24,000 bases of DNA from an uncultured Eubacteriales bacterium. GTDB lineage: Bacteria; Bacillota; Clostridia; Monoglobales; Monoglobaceae. The stretch is from positions 1 to 24,000 of the forward strand of contig CAJLFL010000001.1 of NCBI GenBank assembly GCA_905205855.1, written 5' to 3'. Made by a program: the position numbers and the translations under genes. Shown piece by piece: positions 15,025 to 23,211 of the stretch (its first letter is position 1; every line of letters begins with the position of its first letter). The notes beneath the pieces were generated by a model that made no database searches, was not told where the DNA came from, and saw only the letters and a list, made by a program, of their open reading frames with translations.

Positions 15025-16695
15025 ATGAAGAAAAGAACCGCAAAGTGTTTAAGTATGCTGCTTGCTGTATGTATGGCATTGCCGCTTGCTGCGTGTTCAA
15101 AACAGACCGAAAAGGAAATGGTGCAGAATGCAAATAAAGATCCTTTCGGCAAATACGAATCACCGGTAAAGCTGACAGCTGTTATAGGCTATGGCGAACC
15201 GACAGACAAAAAGGTGCCGAAAAGCACAACGCCGGAGAACCAGGCATTTAACAGACTGCTTAAAGATGAACTTAATATTGATATTGAGTATCTTTGGACT
15301 GTTCCGGAGGCACAGTACGATCAAAAGTTTTCGACTGCAATAGCGTCAAATGCTCTGCCGGACATATTGGCGCTGAATCAGGCGGATTATGAATTGCTGA
15401 AGGCAAACGATATGCTTGCTGATTTAAGCGATGCGTATACATATGCAAGCGATAAGCTGAAAAGCATGGCAGAGCGCGATCCGTCAGTGCTTCAAAGTGT
15501 AACGGAGGATGGAAAGCTTTATGCTATACCGCGATACGGCGATGTCCGTACAGGAACACCGCTGCTTTGGATAAGAGCGGACTGGCTGAAGAAGCTTAAT
15601 CTTAAAGAGCCAGAAACATGGGCAGACGCGGTTGAAATCGCAAGGGCTTTTGTAGAAAAGGACCCCGACGGAAACGGTAAAAATGATACTTACGGATTTG
15701 GATTGACAGCAAAAAGCCTGAATCCGTGGGGCTATGGCATAAAACCGATATTCACTCCGTACGGCGCATATGTTGATCAGTGGATTGACGACGGAAAAGG
15801 AAACCTGGTATCGGGAAATGTTCAGCCTGAGATGAAGACAGCGCTTGAAAACCTTGCAAAGCTTTATAAAGAAGGACTTTTTGATAAGGAAATATTCACT
15901 AAGGACGAGGATAAGGTAGCATCTGATATAGCAAGCGGAAAAATCGGTATAGCGGTATCCGAATGGTGGTTCGGTGAGGTTGCCGTAAACGATTCGTGCA
16001 CAGCTGATCCGAATGCAAAATGGATTTGCATGGAAATTCCGCCGATGGAAAAGGGCACAAAGCCAAAGCTGTGCCTTAATAAGCAGAATGTTGTTACATA
16101 CTATGCGGTAAATAAAAACTGCAAAAACCCTGAGGCGATGATAAAATCAATGAATGTGTTTGTTGAGGCAAGCGGAAAGTATAAGGACGTTCTGACCTCA
16201 GAAAACGGACACTTCTGGAGTTGGGCGCCGACAATATATCTTGATCCGTATGAAATTACAGAAACATACGAGGAATTTAATCAGGCGCTTGACAGCGGCA
16301 GCAATACCGTAGAGAACAGCGAAAATGATGAAAGAATCAACGATATGCTGAAGAACTATCCGGATTATCTTAACTTTAAAAAAGGAACGGAAAAGTGGGA
16401 CAGCACAAAATTCTTCGGTACGATTCTTGCAAGAGGCGACAAAGAAGGCGGTTGGGGAACAACGCTTAAAGCAGTAGACAATGCGGACGTAATTTATAAT
16501 GAATTCTACGGTGCGCCGACAGCTACCATGCAGGACAGCGGAGCAACCCTTGATAAGCTGACAGAGGAAACCTTTATAAAAATTATAGCCGGCGAAAAGG
16601 GTATAGACGCCTTTGATGAATATGTAAAGACGTGGAACAGTCTCGGCGGCGAGAAGATAACCAAAGAGGTAAATGAATGGTACAAAAATAAATAA
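15025..16695 (+). CDS. ABC transporter extracellular solute-binding lipoprotein (large LplA-like sugar-binding type), copy 1
   Basis: Lipoprotein signal with lipobox LAAC (MKKRTAKCLSMLLAVCMALPLAAC). A 556-aa SBP-like sequence immediately upstream of two CUT1-type permease genes. RBS AAAGGAGAG. Confidence 0.85.
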   Translation: MKKRTAKCLSMLLAVCMALPLAACSKQTEKEMVQNANKDPFGKYESPVKLTAVIGYGEPTDKKVPKSTTPENQAFNRLLKDELNIDIEYLWTVPEAQYDQKFSTAIASNALPDILALNQADYELLKANDMLADLSDAYTYASDKLKSMAERDPSVLQSVTEDGKLYAIPRYGDVRTGTPLLWIRADWLKKLNLKEPETWADAVEIARAFVEKDPDGNGKNDTYGFGLTAKSLNPWGYGIKPIFTPYGAYVDQWIDDGKGNLVSGNVQPEMKTALENLAKLYKEGLFDKEIFTKDEDKVASDIASGKIGIAVSEWWFGEVAVNDSCTADPNAKWICMEIPPMEKGTKPKLCLNKQNVVTYYAVNKNCKNPEAMIKSMNVFVEASGKYKDVLTSENGHFWSWAPTIYLDPYEITETYEEFNQALDSGSNTVENSENDERINDMLKNYPDYLNFKKGTEKWDSTKFFGTILARGDKEGGWGTTLKAVDNADVIYNEFYGAPTATMQDSGATLDKLTEETFIKIIAGEKGIDAFDEYVKTWNSLGGEKITKEVNEWYKNK

Positions 16696-16713
16696 CGGCA
16701 GGGCGGTGAAATA

Positions 16714-17646
16714 ATGCAAAACAGTAATGACATAACGACAAAAAAGCGGCCGCGCCGGCGTATGGGCAATGACGAAAGGATTTTTCATCTTATGGTTTTG
16801 CCCGGACTGATAATCTGCCTTATATTTGCATACGGTCCTATGGCGGGACTTGTAATGGCTTTCCAGAACTTTAATCCGTTTAAGGGTTTTACGGGTTCAG
16901 CCTTTGTGGGACTTGATAATTTTAAATACCTGTTTTCCATGCCGGATTTTGCATCGGCGTTTAAGAACACTGTTATAATTGCAACATCAAAGGCGGCTTT
17001 GTTTCTGATTATTCCGCTTATACTTGCACTTATGATAAACGAGCTTAGATGCACAAGGTATTTAAAGGCGGTTCAGACAAGTATGTTTCTGCCGTACTTC
17101 CTGTCGTGGGCAATCCTCGGCGGAATCGTGGTTGAGATATTCTCATACGACGGAATAGTAAATACAATAATGGCAAATATGGGTTTGGAGCGTATATCGT
17201 TTATGGGCAGCAATAAATACGCCAGAACAATTATTATATGGAGTGATGTCTGGAAGAATATGGGATATAACATGATAGTATTTTTTGCGGCGATAACGGG
17301 CGTTGATACAAGCCTTTACGAAGCGGCTGAAATTGACGGCGCAGGAAAACTGAAACAGATGTGGCACGTAACACTGCCGGGAATAGCACCTATTGTATTT
17401 CTTATGGTAGTTTTAAGCTTTGGCAGTCTGCTTAACGCAAACTTTGATCAGATATTGATTATGTATAATCCGCTGGTTTATGAAACGACCGATGTTTTGG
17501 ATACGCTGGTTTACAGAATAGGTATATTCAATAAGCAGTACGGAGTTTCAACCGCAATGGGATTGTTTAAGTCAATAATATCATTTGCACTGGTTGCAGG
17601 TTCAAACTACATAGCCTACAAAGCGGTTGACTACAGAATATTTTAA
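16714..17646 (+). CDS. carbohydrate ABC transporter permease (LplB-like)
   Basis: Multi-pass membrane protein with the EAA loop EAAEIDGAGKLKQMWHVTLPGI. Confidence 0.9.
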   Translation: MQNSNDITTKKRPRRRMGNDERIFHLMVLPGLIICLIFAYGPMAGLVMAFQNFNPFKGFTGSAFVGLDNFKYLFSMPDFASAFKNTVIIATSKAALFLIIPLILALMINELRCTRYLKAVQTSMFLPYFLSWAILGGIVVEIFSYDGIVNTIMANMGLERISFMGSNKYARTIIIWSDVWKNMGYNMIVFFAAITGVDTSLYEAAEIDGAGKLKQMWHVTLPGIAPIVFLMVVLSFGSLLNANFDQILIMYNPLVYETTDVLDTLVYRIGIFNKQYGVSTAMGLFKSIISFALVAGSNYIAYKAVDYRIF

Positions 17647-17660
17647 AGGAGGGACAAATT

Positions 17661-18554
17661 ATGAAAATAAAAAGAAGACTTTCAGAACGGGTTTTCAATG
17701 TATTCAACATAGTATTTCTGTTTTGTCTGACGGTAATTTGTCTGCTGCCTTTTATACATCTGCTCAGCGTATCGCTAAGCTCAAAATCGGCGGTAATAAC
17801 AGGAACGGTTTGGTTTTGGCCTAAGAATTTTACATTTGAAGCATACAAATTTCTGTATGAAAAGCCTGAGTTTTTAAAGTCATTTGTTGTATCACTTAAA
17901 AGAGTGGCGCTCGGTACGGCGATAAATATGCTTTTTTTGATAATCACGGCATATCCTCTCAGCAAGGAAACAAGCCGTTTCAGAATGAGAAATGTATATT
18001 CATGGATATTTGTTGCAACTATGTTTTTCTCAGGCGGAATGATACCTACATATATGCTTGTAAAAGAACTTAATATGCTTGATACCATGTGGGCGCTGGT
18101 TCTGCCCGGAGCATTAAATGTATGGAATATGGTGCTTTTGATGAACTTTTTCAGACAGATTCCGCATGAGTTTGAGGAAGCCGGTCTTATAGACGGAGCC
18201 GGACAGATGAGAATACTGTTTTCGATATATCTCCCGGTTTCGCTTCCGGCGCTGGCAACAGTACTGCTCTTTACTATTATAGGTCACTGGAATGCATGGT
18301 TTGACGGAATTTTATATATAAACACTCCGTCAAAATACCCGCTGCAGACATACCTTGCAACAATTATTCAGGACGCAAATCTTACAAGTATGCGTCAGCT
18401 TACAGAGGAAAAGCTTCGGCAGATGCAGACTCTCAGCGATAAGTCAATCAGATTTGCTCAGATATTCCTGGGTGCGCTGCCTGTTATGGTAGTTTACCCG
18501 TTCCTGCAGCGGTATTTTGTAAAAGGAATAGTTGTCGGAAGCGTAAAGGGATAA
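17661..18554 (+). CDS. carbohydrate ABC transporter permease (LplC-like)
   Basis: Multi-pass membrane protein with the EAA loop EEAGLIDGAGQMRILFSIYLPVSLP. RBS AGGAGGG. Confidence 0.9.
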   Translation: MKIKRRLSERVFNVFNIVFLFCLTVICLLPFIHLLSVSLSSKSAVITGTVWFWPKNFTFEAYKFLYEKPEFLKSFVVSLKRVALGTAINMLFLIITAYPLSKETSRFRMRNVYSWIFVATMFFSGGMIPTYMLVKELNMLDTMWALVLPGALNVWNMVLLMNFFRQIPHEFEEAGLIDGAGQMRILFSIYLPVSLPALATVLLFTIIGHWNAWFDGILYINTPSKYPLQTYLATIIQDANLTSMRQLTEEKLRQMQTLSDKSIRFAQIFLGALPVMVVYPFLQRYFVKGIVVGSVKG

Positions 18555-18582
18555 TATTACAGTGGAATTCGGAAGAATTATT

Positions 18583-18591
18583 TGATATAAT
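18583..18591 (+). promoter_or_regulatory. candidate internal promoter (extended -10 only)
   Basis: TGATATAAT (TG-n-TATAAT) lies in the 100-nt gap before the second SBP gene. The -35 is weak (TGGAAT at 17 nt). Confidence 0.35.
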
Positions 18592-18654
18592 GTGTAAAAA
18601 ATGTCGAGTAATATCGAACAGCTATACATTATTCTAATGGGAGTGTGAAATGAA

Positions 18655-20169
18655 ATGTTAAAATACAAAATTCTTTCCGGATTGCTTGCGGTATCTCTTG
18701 TATGTTCGCTTTCAGGCTGTAAAACAGGTAAAAATGACAGCCGCGAAAGATTTAATATCTCGGTCTATAACGGAGGCATGCAGCCGGTAGACGGCGAAAC
18801 TCCGGTAAAAAGCCGGCTTGAAGAAAAAACAGGCGTGGATCTTACATACATATACAGCACATACGAAACCAGAAACACAAAGCTTGACGTAATGATTTCA
18901 TCGGGCAAAACCCCTGATTTGTTTACATACGGCTACACCATAGGCGAAAAGTTTAACAGGCTTATTCAGCAAAATGTTGTCGCAGAGCTTACAACGTATA
19001 TAGAGGACTATCCCAATATAAAAAAGAGGATGGAGGAATTTGAAACGGTTACGCGGTACGGCAAAAGCAAAAATTACTTTATTCCGGTAAAGTCCACCGA
19101 CACAGAAGCAAATGTTGTGTGTGAACATGCGTGGTTTTACCGCAGTGATGTAGTTGAGGAACTTGGACTTAAACTGCCGACAAATGCCGATGAGCTTTAC
19201 AGCTTTTTAAAAGCCTTAAAACAGTATCAGATTGATAACGGTCAGACCGGTGACAGTCCGCTGACGCTGCAGAGTCCGTTTTTCCTCTATTGTATATACA
19301 ATCTTTTCGGAACAGACATAAAGGGTGTTGAGGAAATAAACGGTCAGATGCAGCCGACCGCCGTAGGGGATAAAATGAAGCAGGCAGTTTTGTATATAAG
19401 AAAGCTCTACAGCGAGGGTTTGCTCGACAGAGAGTTTATGCTTACACCGGACTGGGAATTTATGTTTAACAAGTTTTTGGACGGCAAGGCATTGGTCATA
19501 TATACAAATTATAAGTATGATATTATGTCTGAGGCAAGCAGCGAGCGTTATCCGCAGCGCGATCCTCAGCAGACCATAGCATATATGCCGGTCATGTATA
19601 ATAACAGAGGCTACAAGTCGGTCAGAGGCTTTTACAATTACTTCGGCGGTTTGTTCTTTAAAAAAGAGGACAGCGAGGAAAAAATGAGAAAAAAGCTTGA
19701 ACTTGTGGATTATATGCTCAGCGATGAGGGAATGACGTTGCTAAGGTACGGCATAGAGGGTATACACTACGAAATCAAAGACGGTAAGCCGGTTTCCCTT
19801 CTCGGCAGAGATAAAAATGGCGTTGCCAAAACCCTTGCGGAGGTTGATCCCGGAGCGGGCATAAAAGAGCTTGTTATGTATGATGTGCTTTTCAGAGGAT
19901 ATAACAACCCGTGTGACAGTTATATAAACGAGATAAAAAACGAATACCTGAGATATGCAAAGGTTGACAACAATTTTATTTATACAGGTCCGCCGGAGCA
20001 GATGTCTGTGGACTCTACGGCGCTTGAAGAATTTGCGGAAAACAGTATGGTGACGCTTATCACAACCGAAAATGATTTTGATGCGGAGTGGGATAAGTAT
20101 TGCAGAAAGTATATGGAAAAAGGCGGAGCACAGCTGGCTGAATATGCAGCGGAGGCGCCGCGGCAATGA
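18655..20169 (+). CDS. ABC transporter extracellular solute-binding lipoprotein, copy 2
   Basis: Lipobox LSGC (MLKYKILSGLLAVSLVCSLSGC). A 504-aa SBP-like sequence, clearly diverged from copy 1. Confidence 0.85.
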   Translation: MLKYKILSGLLAVSLVCSLSGCKTGKNDSRERFNISVYNGGMQPVDGETPVKSRLEEKTGVDLTYIYSTYETRNTKLDVMISSGKTPDLFTYGYTIGEKFNRLIQQNVVAELTTYIEDYPNIKKRMEEFETVTRYGKSKNYFIPVKSTDTEANVVCEHAWFYRSDVVEELGLKLPTNADELYSFLKALKQYQIDNGQTGDSPLTLQSPFFLYCIYNLFGTDIKGVEEINGQMQPTAVGDKMKQAVLYIRKLYSEGLLDREFMLTPDWEFMFNKFLDGKALVIYTNYKYDIMSEASSERYPQRDPQQTIAYMPVMYNNRGYKSVRGFYNYFGGLFFKKEDSEEKMRKKLELVDYMLSDEGMTLLRYGIEGIHYEIKDGKPVSLLGRDKNGVAKTLAEVDPGAGIKELVMYDVLFRGYNNPCDSYINEIKNEYLRYAKVDNNFIYTGPPEQMSVDSTALEEFAENSMVTLITTENDFDAEWDKYCRKYMEKGGAQLAEYAAEAPRQ

Positions 20170-20193
20170 TTAAAAAATCAAGGAGGAAGGATT

Positions 20194-23100
20194 ATGAAAA
20201 GGATATTATGTGCGGTTTTAAGCCTTGCGGTATTGACATGCAGTACAATAACGGGTACAGTGTTTGCCGCAAAGGAAACCGGGGATTTCAATGTTGGCTA
20301 TGAAGCAACGGTCAATGTAACGGATGAGGGCGGCTTGCCTGTTGTTGCCGGACACGGCGGCGAAAATTTATGGCGTACGGACATTCAGTCAATAAACGAT
20401 TATTTTGTTCATGACGAGCCGAATTTCTGGGGCTACAGCTATACTCTGCCGGAATCGGCGCTGCCTGTAAACGTGGATTTTGATTACGGCATGCAGCCGG
20501 CAGACATAGGTCAGATAACACTGGCAGAGAATCTAAGAAAGGATGACGTGCCCGACCGCGGAACGTATAATAAAATATATGTTCAGTATTACAACGGGAC
20601 GGAGTGGGCGACAATTATCATGCCGTCCGATACAAACGGTGCGTACACTGTTGACGCTGACGGCGCGGTAAACCTTAACTGGGCTGCACCCAGCAGAACA
20701 GAGTCGCTGACAAGCCACAGACTCAGACTTATTGATCTTGATTTGGGAGGCAGATATGTTTCGGATAAAATCAGAATTAAAATAGTCGGACTTGGTGAAC
20801 TTAACGGCGATTGCTGGGGTGAGTTCGGTATAGATGAGATACTGATGTACGGCAAGCGCGCTGATGAAACCGCAGCAGCGTCAAACGGAGATTCATTCCT
20901 CAATTATATAGGAGAAAAGGCTTATACAGAAGCAGAAAAGCTTGCAACAACAGAGGAGATTACGAAGGCTCTTGCAGTTGTGTCCAACATGGCTGACACA
21001 GCACGCAAGGATGAACTGACACAAAAGCTTAACAAGCTTGCAGCCAAGGCTTGGACAAACCTTGCTCTTAATGCGACAGCCTCCGCAGGAGAGAACGAGG
21101 GAGCAGCAGGAAAGCTGAACGACGGCGATGAAAAGGGCAGATGGGAAAACAACTGGAGTGCATCAAGCACAGAACTGGGTGATTCCTCATGGATAATGTA
21201 TGACTACGGCAAGGAAGTAACAATAAACCGTATGGACTTTGGTTCAAGATTTGTTGCCAATGCGGTAACCGGTATTGAGGTTTACGGAATAAAAGGCAGC
21301 GAAGAAACAAAAATCGGTACATACAAATTAGTATTTAACCGCGTGCCGCAGGATAATCTTTATAATAAAGATACCCCGCTGAGCAAAGAGGCATATGACG
21401 CATTTGAGCGTTACGGTCAGCTGGATAACGGCGAAATTTATTATTCGGATTTTTCTTCGGTAATATTTGAATCATCATTTGTTTGCGATAAGGTCAAGGT
21501 TAAGCTTACAAGCAAGCTTGAAGCAAATCAGCCTGCTGCATTTACCGAGGTAAGAACATGGGGTACTGAGGGCGCAGCAGCAGAGTATAACTATACGGCG
21601 ACAAACAAGGCGTTTATTCGTCCGGTAGCCCTGTACGATCAAAACGGTGAAAAGGTAGAGCCGACAAATGCCGGCGGAATACATAAGCTTTCGCTTGAGT
21701 ATCTTAACGATTATGCAATCTATCCGGAAAACAGCTGGTACGAAACCGCTCTCCCGGCTGATAAACTTCCGTTCTTTATTGAATATGATTATGAGGGCGA
21801 AATGACTGAAATCAACAGCATTAAGCTCGGAGTAAATTCAAATTGTGCAAGCGGACTGGTTAAAAAGCTTTCCGTTCAGATGTTTGACGGAACGGATTGG
21901 GTTGACGTTCCTCTGGCTGCGGCGCAGCCGACAGGCGTGACCGCTTCGGGTATTGATGCTGAACTGGATTGGACAAATCCGTCAGAAGTAAACAGCAACA
22001 GCGACAAGAGCTTTATGTTTATGGAGGTAAAGTTTGCTGAACCTACAATCGGATATAAGCTGCGTGTGCTGATAAAGGACGGTTCAAGCGACGGCGGAAT
22101 ACTTCATGTAGAGGAACTTATGACCTACGGCTGGAATCCGAATATGGCGGATATAGAGAGCCGTGAGGAAAGCGCCGATATATTGAAGAAGTATAACGAT
22201 TATACAATCGAAAGAGTTTTAAACAATCCTACAGAGAAAAATATTACTGCAGCAAGAGCTGTTGTTGCAAAGATGAACGACGCCGATAAGGCTGTTTATA
22301 CAAAGGTTATTGACAGAAACGGAGAATGGGATAAGCTGAACGGCTTGTCAGGATCCTCCGGAATGGGCATCCGCGCCGACACGCTTACAGACGGCAAGAT
22401 AAGACAAAACTATGGCTGGGACAGTAATGGTACGGAAATCAGTGACAGATCATGGGTACAGGTTGACTTTGCGGCAGCGTCAAGAGTAAAGACACTGAGA
22501 ATAGCAGAAAACTACTTCCCATGTGCAGTAACAAAGGTAAACGTTTACGCTAAGGTAGGCTCAGAGTATATATTGCTTAAAGATAACGTAGCAACCAATT
22601 TTGCAAATGCGCCGGAGCTTTCATGGTACAAAAACGATATTCCGTTTGAGGTAGAGGGCAAACAGGCGTATACAGAAGCCGGACTTATGAGAGAGGACGG
22701 CGGAGATATGGCTAAAGGCTCATGGGTAGACATAGATTTGCCTGACGTAACCTGCAACGGTATCAGAATTCAGATACTCAGCGCTCAGCTTGACTGGGGC
22801 GGCTATGGCGTAGGCGAGATTGAGGTTATCGGAAAGACGGCAGAGGAGGGCAGCGTTATTGCTGCCGGACAGAAGCTTTGTCTGACGGACGGCACACAGA
22901 CCTCGTCACTTGCGGATGCAAAGGCAAACGGAGGATATTTGACGGCAACAATAGGAAATCCGTCCGATAAGACAAAAACTGCTGTTATGCTGGTTGTTTA
23001 TTATAAGAACGGCGATGTAGCTGCTATAGATTCAAAAACGGTTGAACTGAATTCAAAGTCGGTAAGCAAGGATCAGAATCTTGCGCTTGACTTTACAGGC

Positions 23101-23199
23101 GCAAAGGCTGAATGTGATTCGGTAAAGGCGTATATTTTAAGTGAGATTGCCTCCGAAACGGGAGCAAGAGGTACAAATACACAGCTTGAACTTCGATAG
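20194..23199 (+). CDS. secreted 1001-aa protein built from four discoidin/F5-8-type-C (CBM32-like) modules plus a C-terminal beta-sandwich; no catalytic domain recognised
   Basis: Signal peptide MKRILCAVLSLAVLTCSTITGTVFA. Module-end motifs GIDEILMYG, FTEVRTWG, VEELMTYG, VGEIEVIG. An LNDGD..GRWENNW-type motif. RBS AAGGAGGAAGG. Confidence 0.8.
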   Translation: MKRILCAVLSLAVLTCSTITGTVFAAKETGDFNVGYEATVNVTDEGGLPVVAGHGGENLWRTDIQSINDYFVHDEPNFWGYSYTLPESALPVNVDFDYGMQPADIGQITLAENLRKDDVPDRGTYNKIYVQYYNGTEWATIIMPSDTNGAYTVDADGAVNLNWAAPSRTESLTSHRLRLIDLDLGGRYVSDKIRIKIVGLGELNGDCWGEFGIDEILMYGKRADETAAASNGDSFLNYIGEKAYTEAEKLATTEEITKALAVVSNMADTARKDELTQKLNKLAAKAWTNLALNATASAGENEGAAGKLNDGDEKGRWENNWSASSTELGDSSWIMYDYGKEVTINRMDFGSRFVANAVTGIEVYGIKGSEETKIGTYKLVFNRVPQDNLYNKDTPLSKEAYDAFERYGQLDNGEIYYSDFSSVIFESSFVCDKVKVKLTSKLEANQPAAFTEVRTWGTEGAAAEYNYTATNKAFIRPVALYDQNGEKVEPTNAGGIHKLSLEYLNDYAIYPENSWYETALPADKLPFFIEYDYEGEMTEINSIKLGVNSNCASGLVKKLSVQMFDGTDWVDVPLAAAQPTGVTASGIDAELDWTNPSEVNSNSDKSFMFMEVKFAEPTIGYKLRVLIKDGSSDGGILHVEELMTYGWNPNMADIESREESADILKKYNDYTIERVLNNPTEKNITAARAVVAKMNDADKAVYTKVIDRNGEWDKLNGLSGSSGMGIRADTLTDGKIRQNYGWDSNGTEISDRSWVQVDFAAASRVKTLRIAENYFPCAVTKVNVYAKVGSEYILLKDNVATNFANAPELSWYKNDIPFEVEGKQAYTEAGLMREDGGDMAKGSWVDIDLPDVTCNGIRIQILSAQLDWGGYGVGEIEVIGKTAEEGSVIAAGQKLCLTDGTQTSSLADAKANGGYLTATIGNPSDKTKTAVMLVVYYKNGDVAAIDSKTVELNSKSVSKDQNLALDFTGAKAECDSVKAYILSEIASETGARGTNTQLELR

Positions 23200-23211
23200 G
23201 AGGAGATTTTG

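Noticed and set aside
14133-15152. Minus-strand ORFs of 141 and 159 aa. Similar antisense ORFs occur at 16198-16788, 17567-18088, 19741-20166, 20312-21322 and 23073-23979.
   Set aside because: All are antisense to long plus-strand genes with clear domain signatures. They have no RBSs and show low-complexity composition.
18601-18648. A 15-codon mini-ORF (MSSNIEQLYIILMGV) in the gap before SBP2.
   Set aside because: It has no RBS, no obvious coupling to a downstream structure, and such an ORF is expected by chance in AT-rich spacer.
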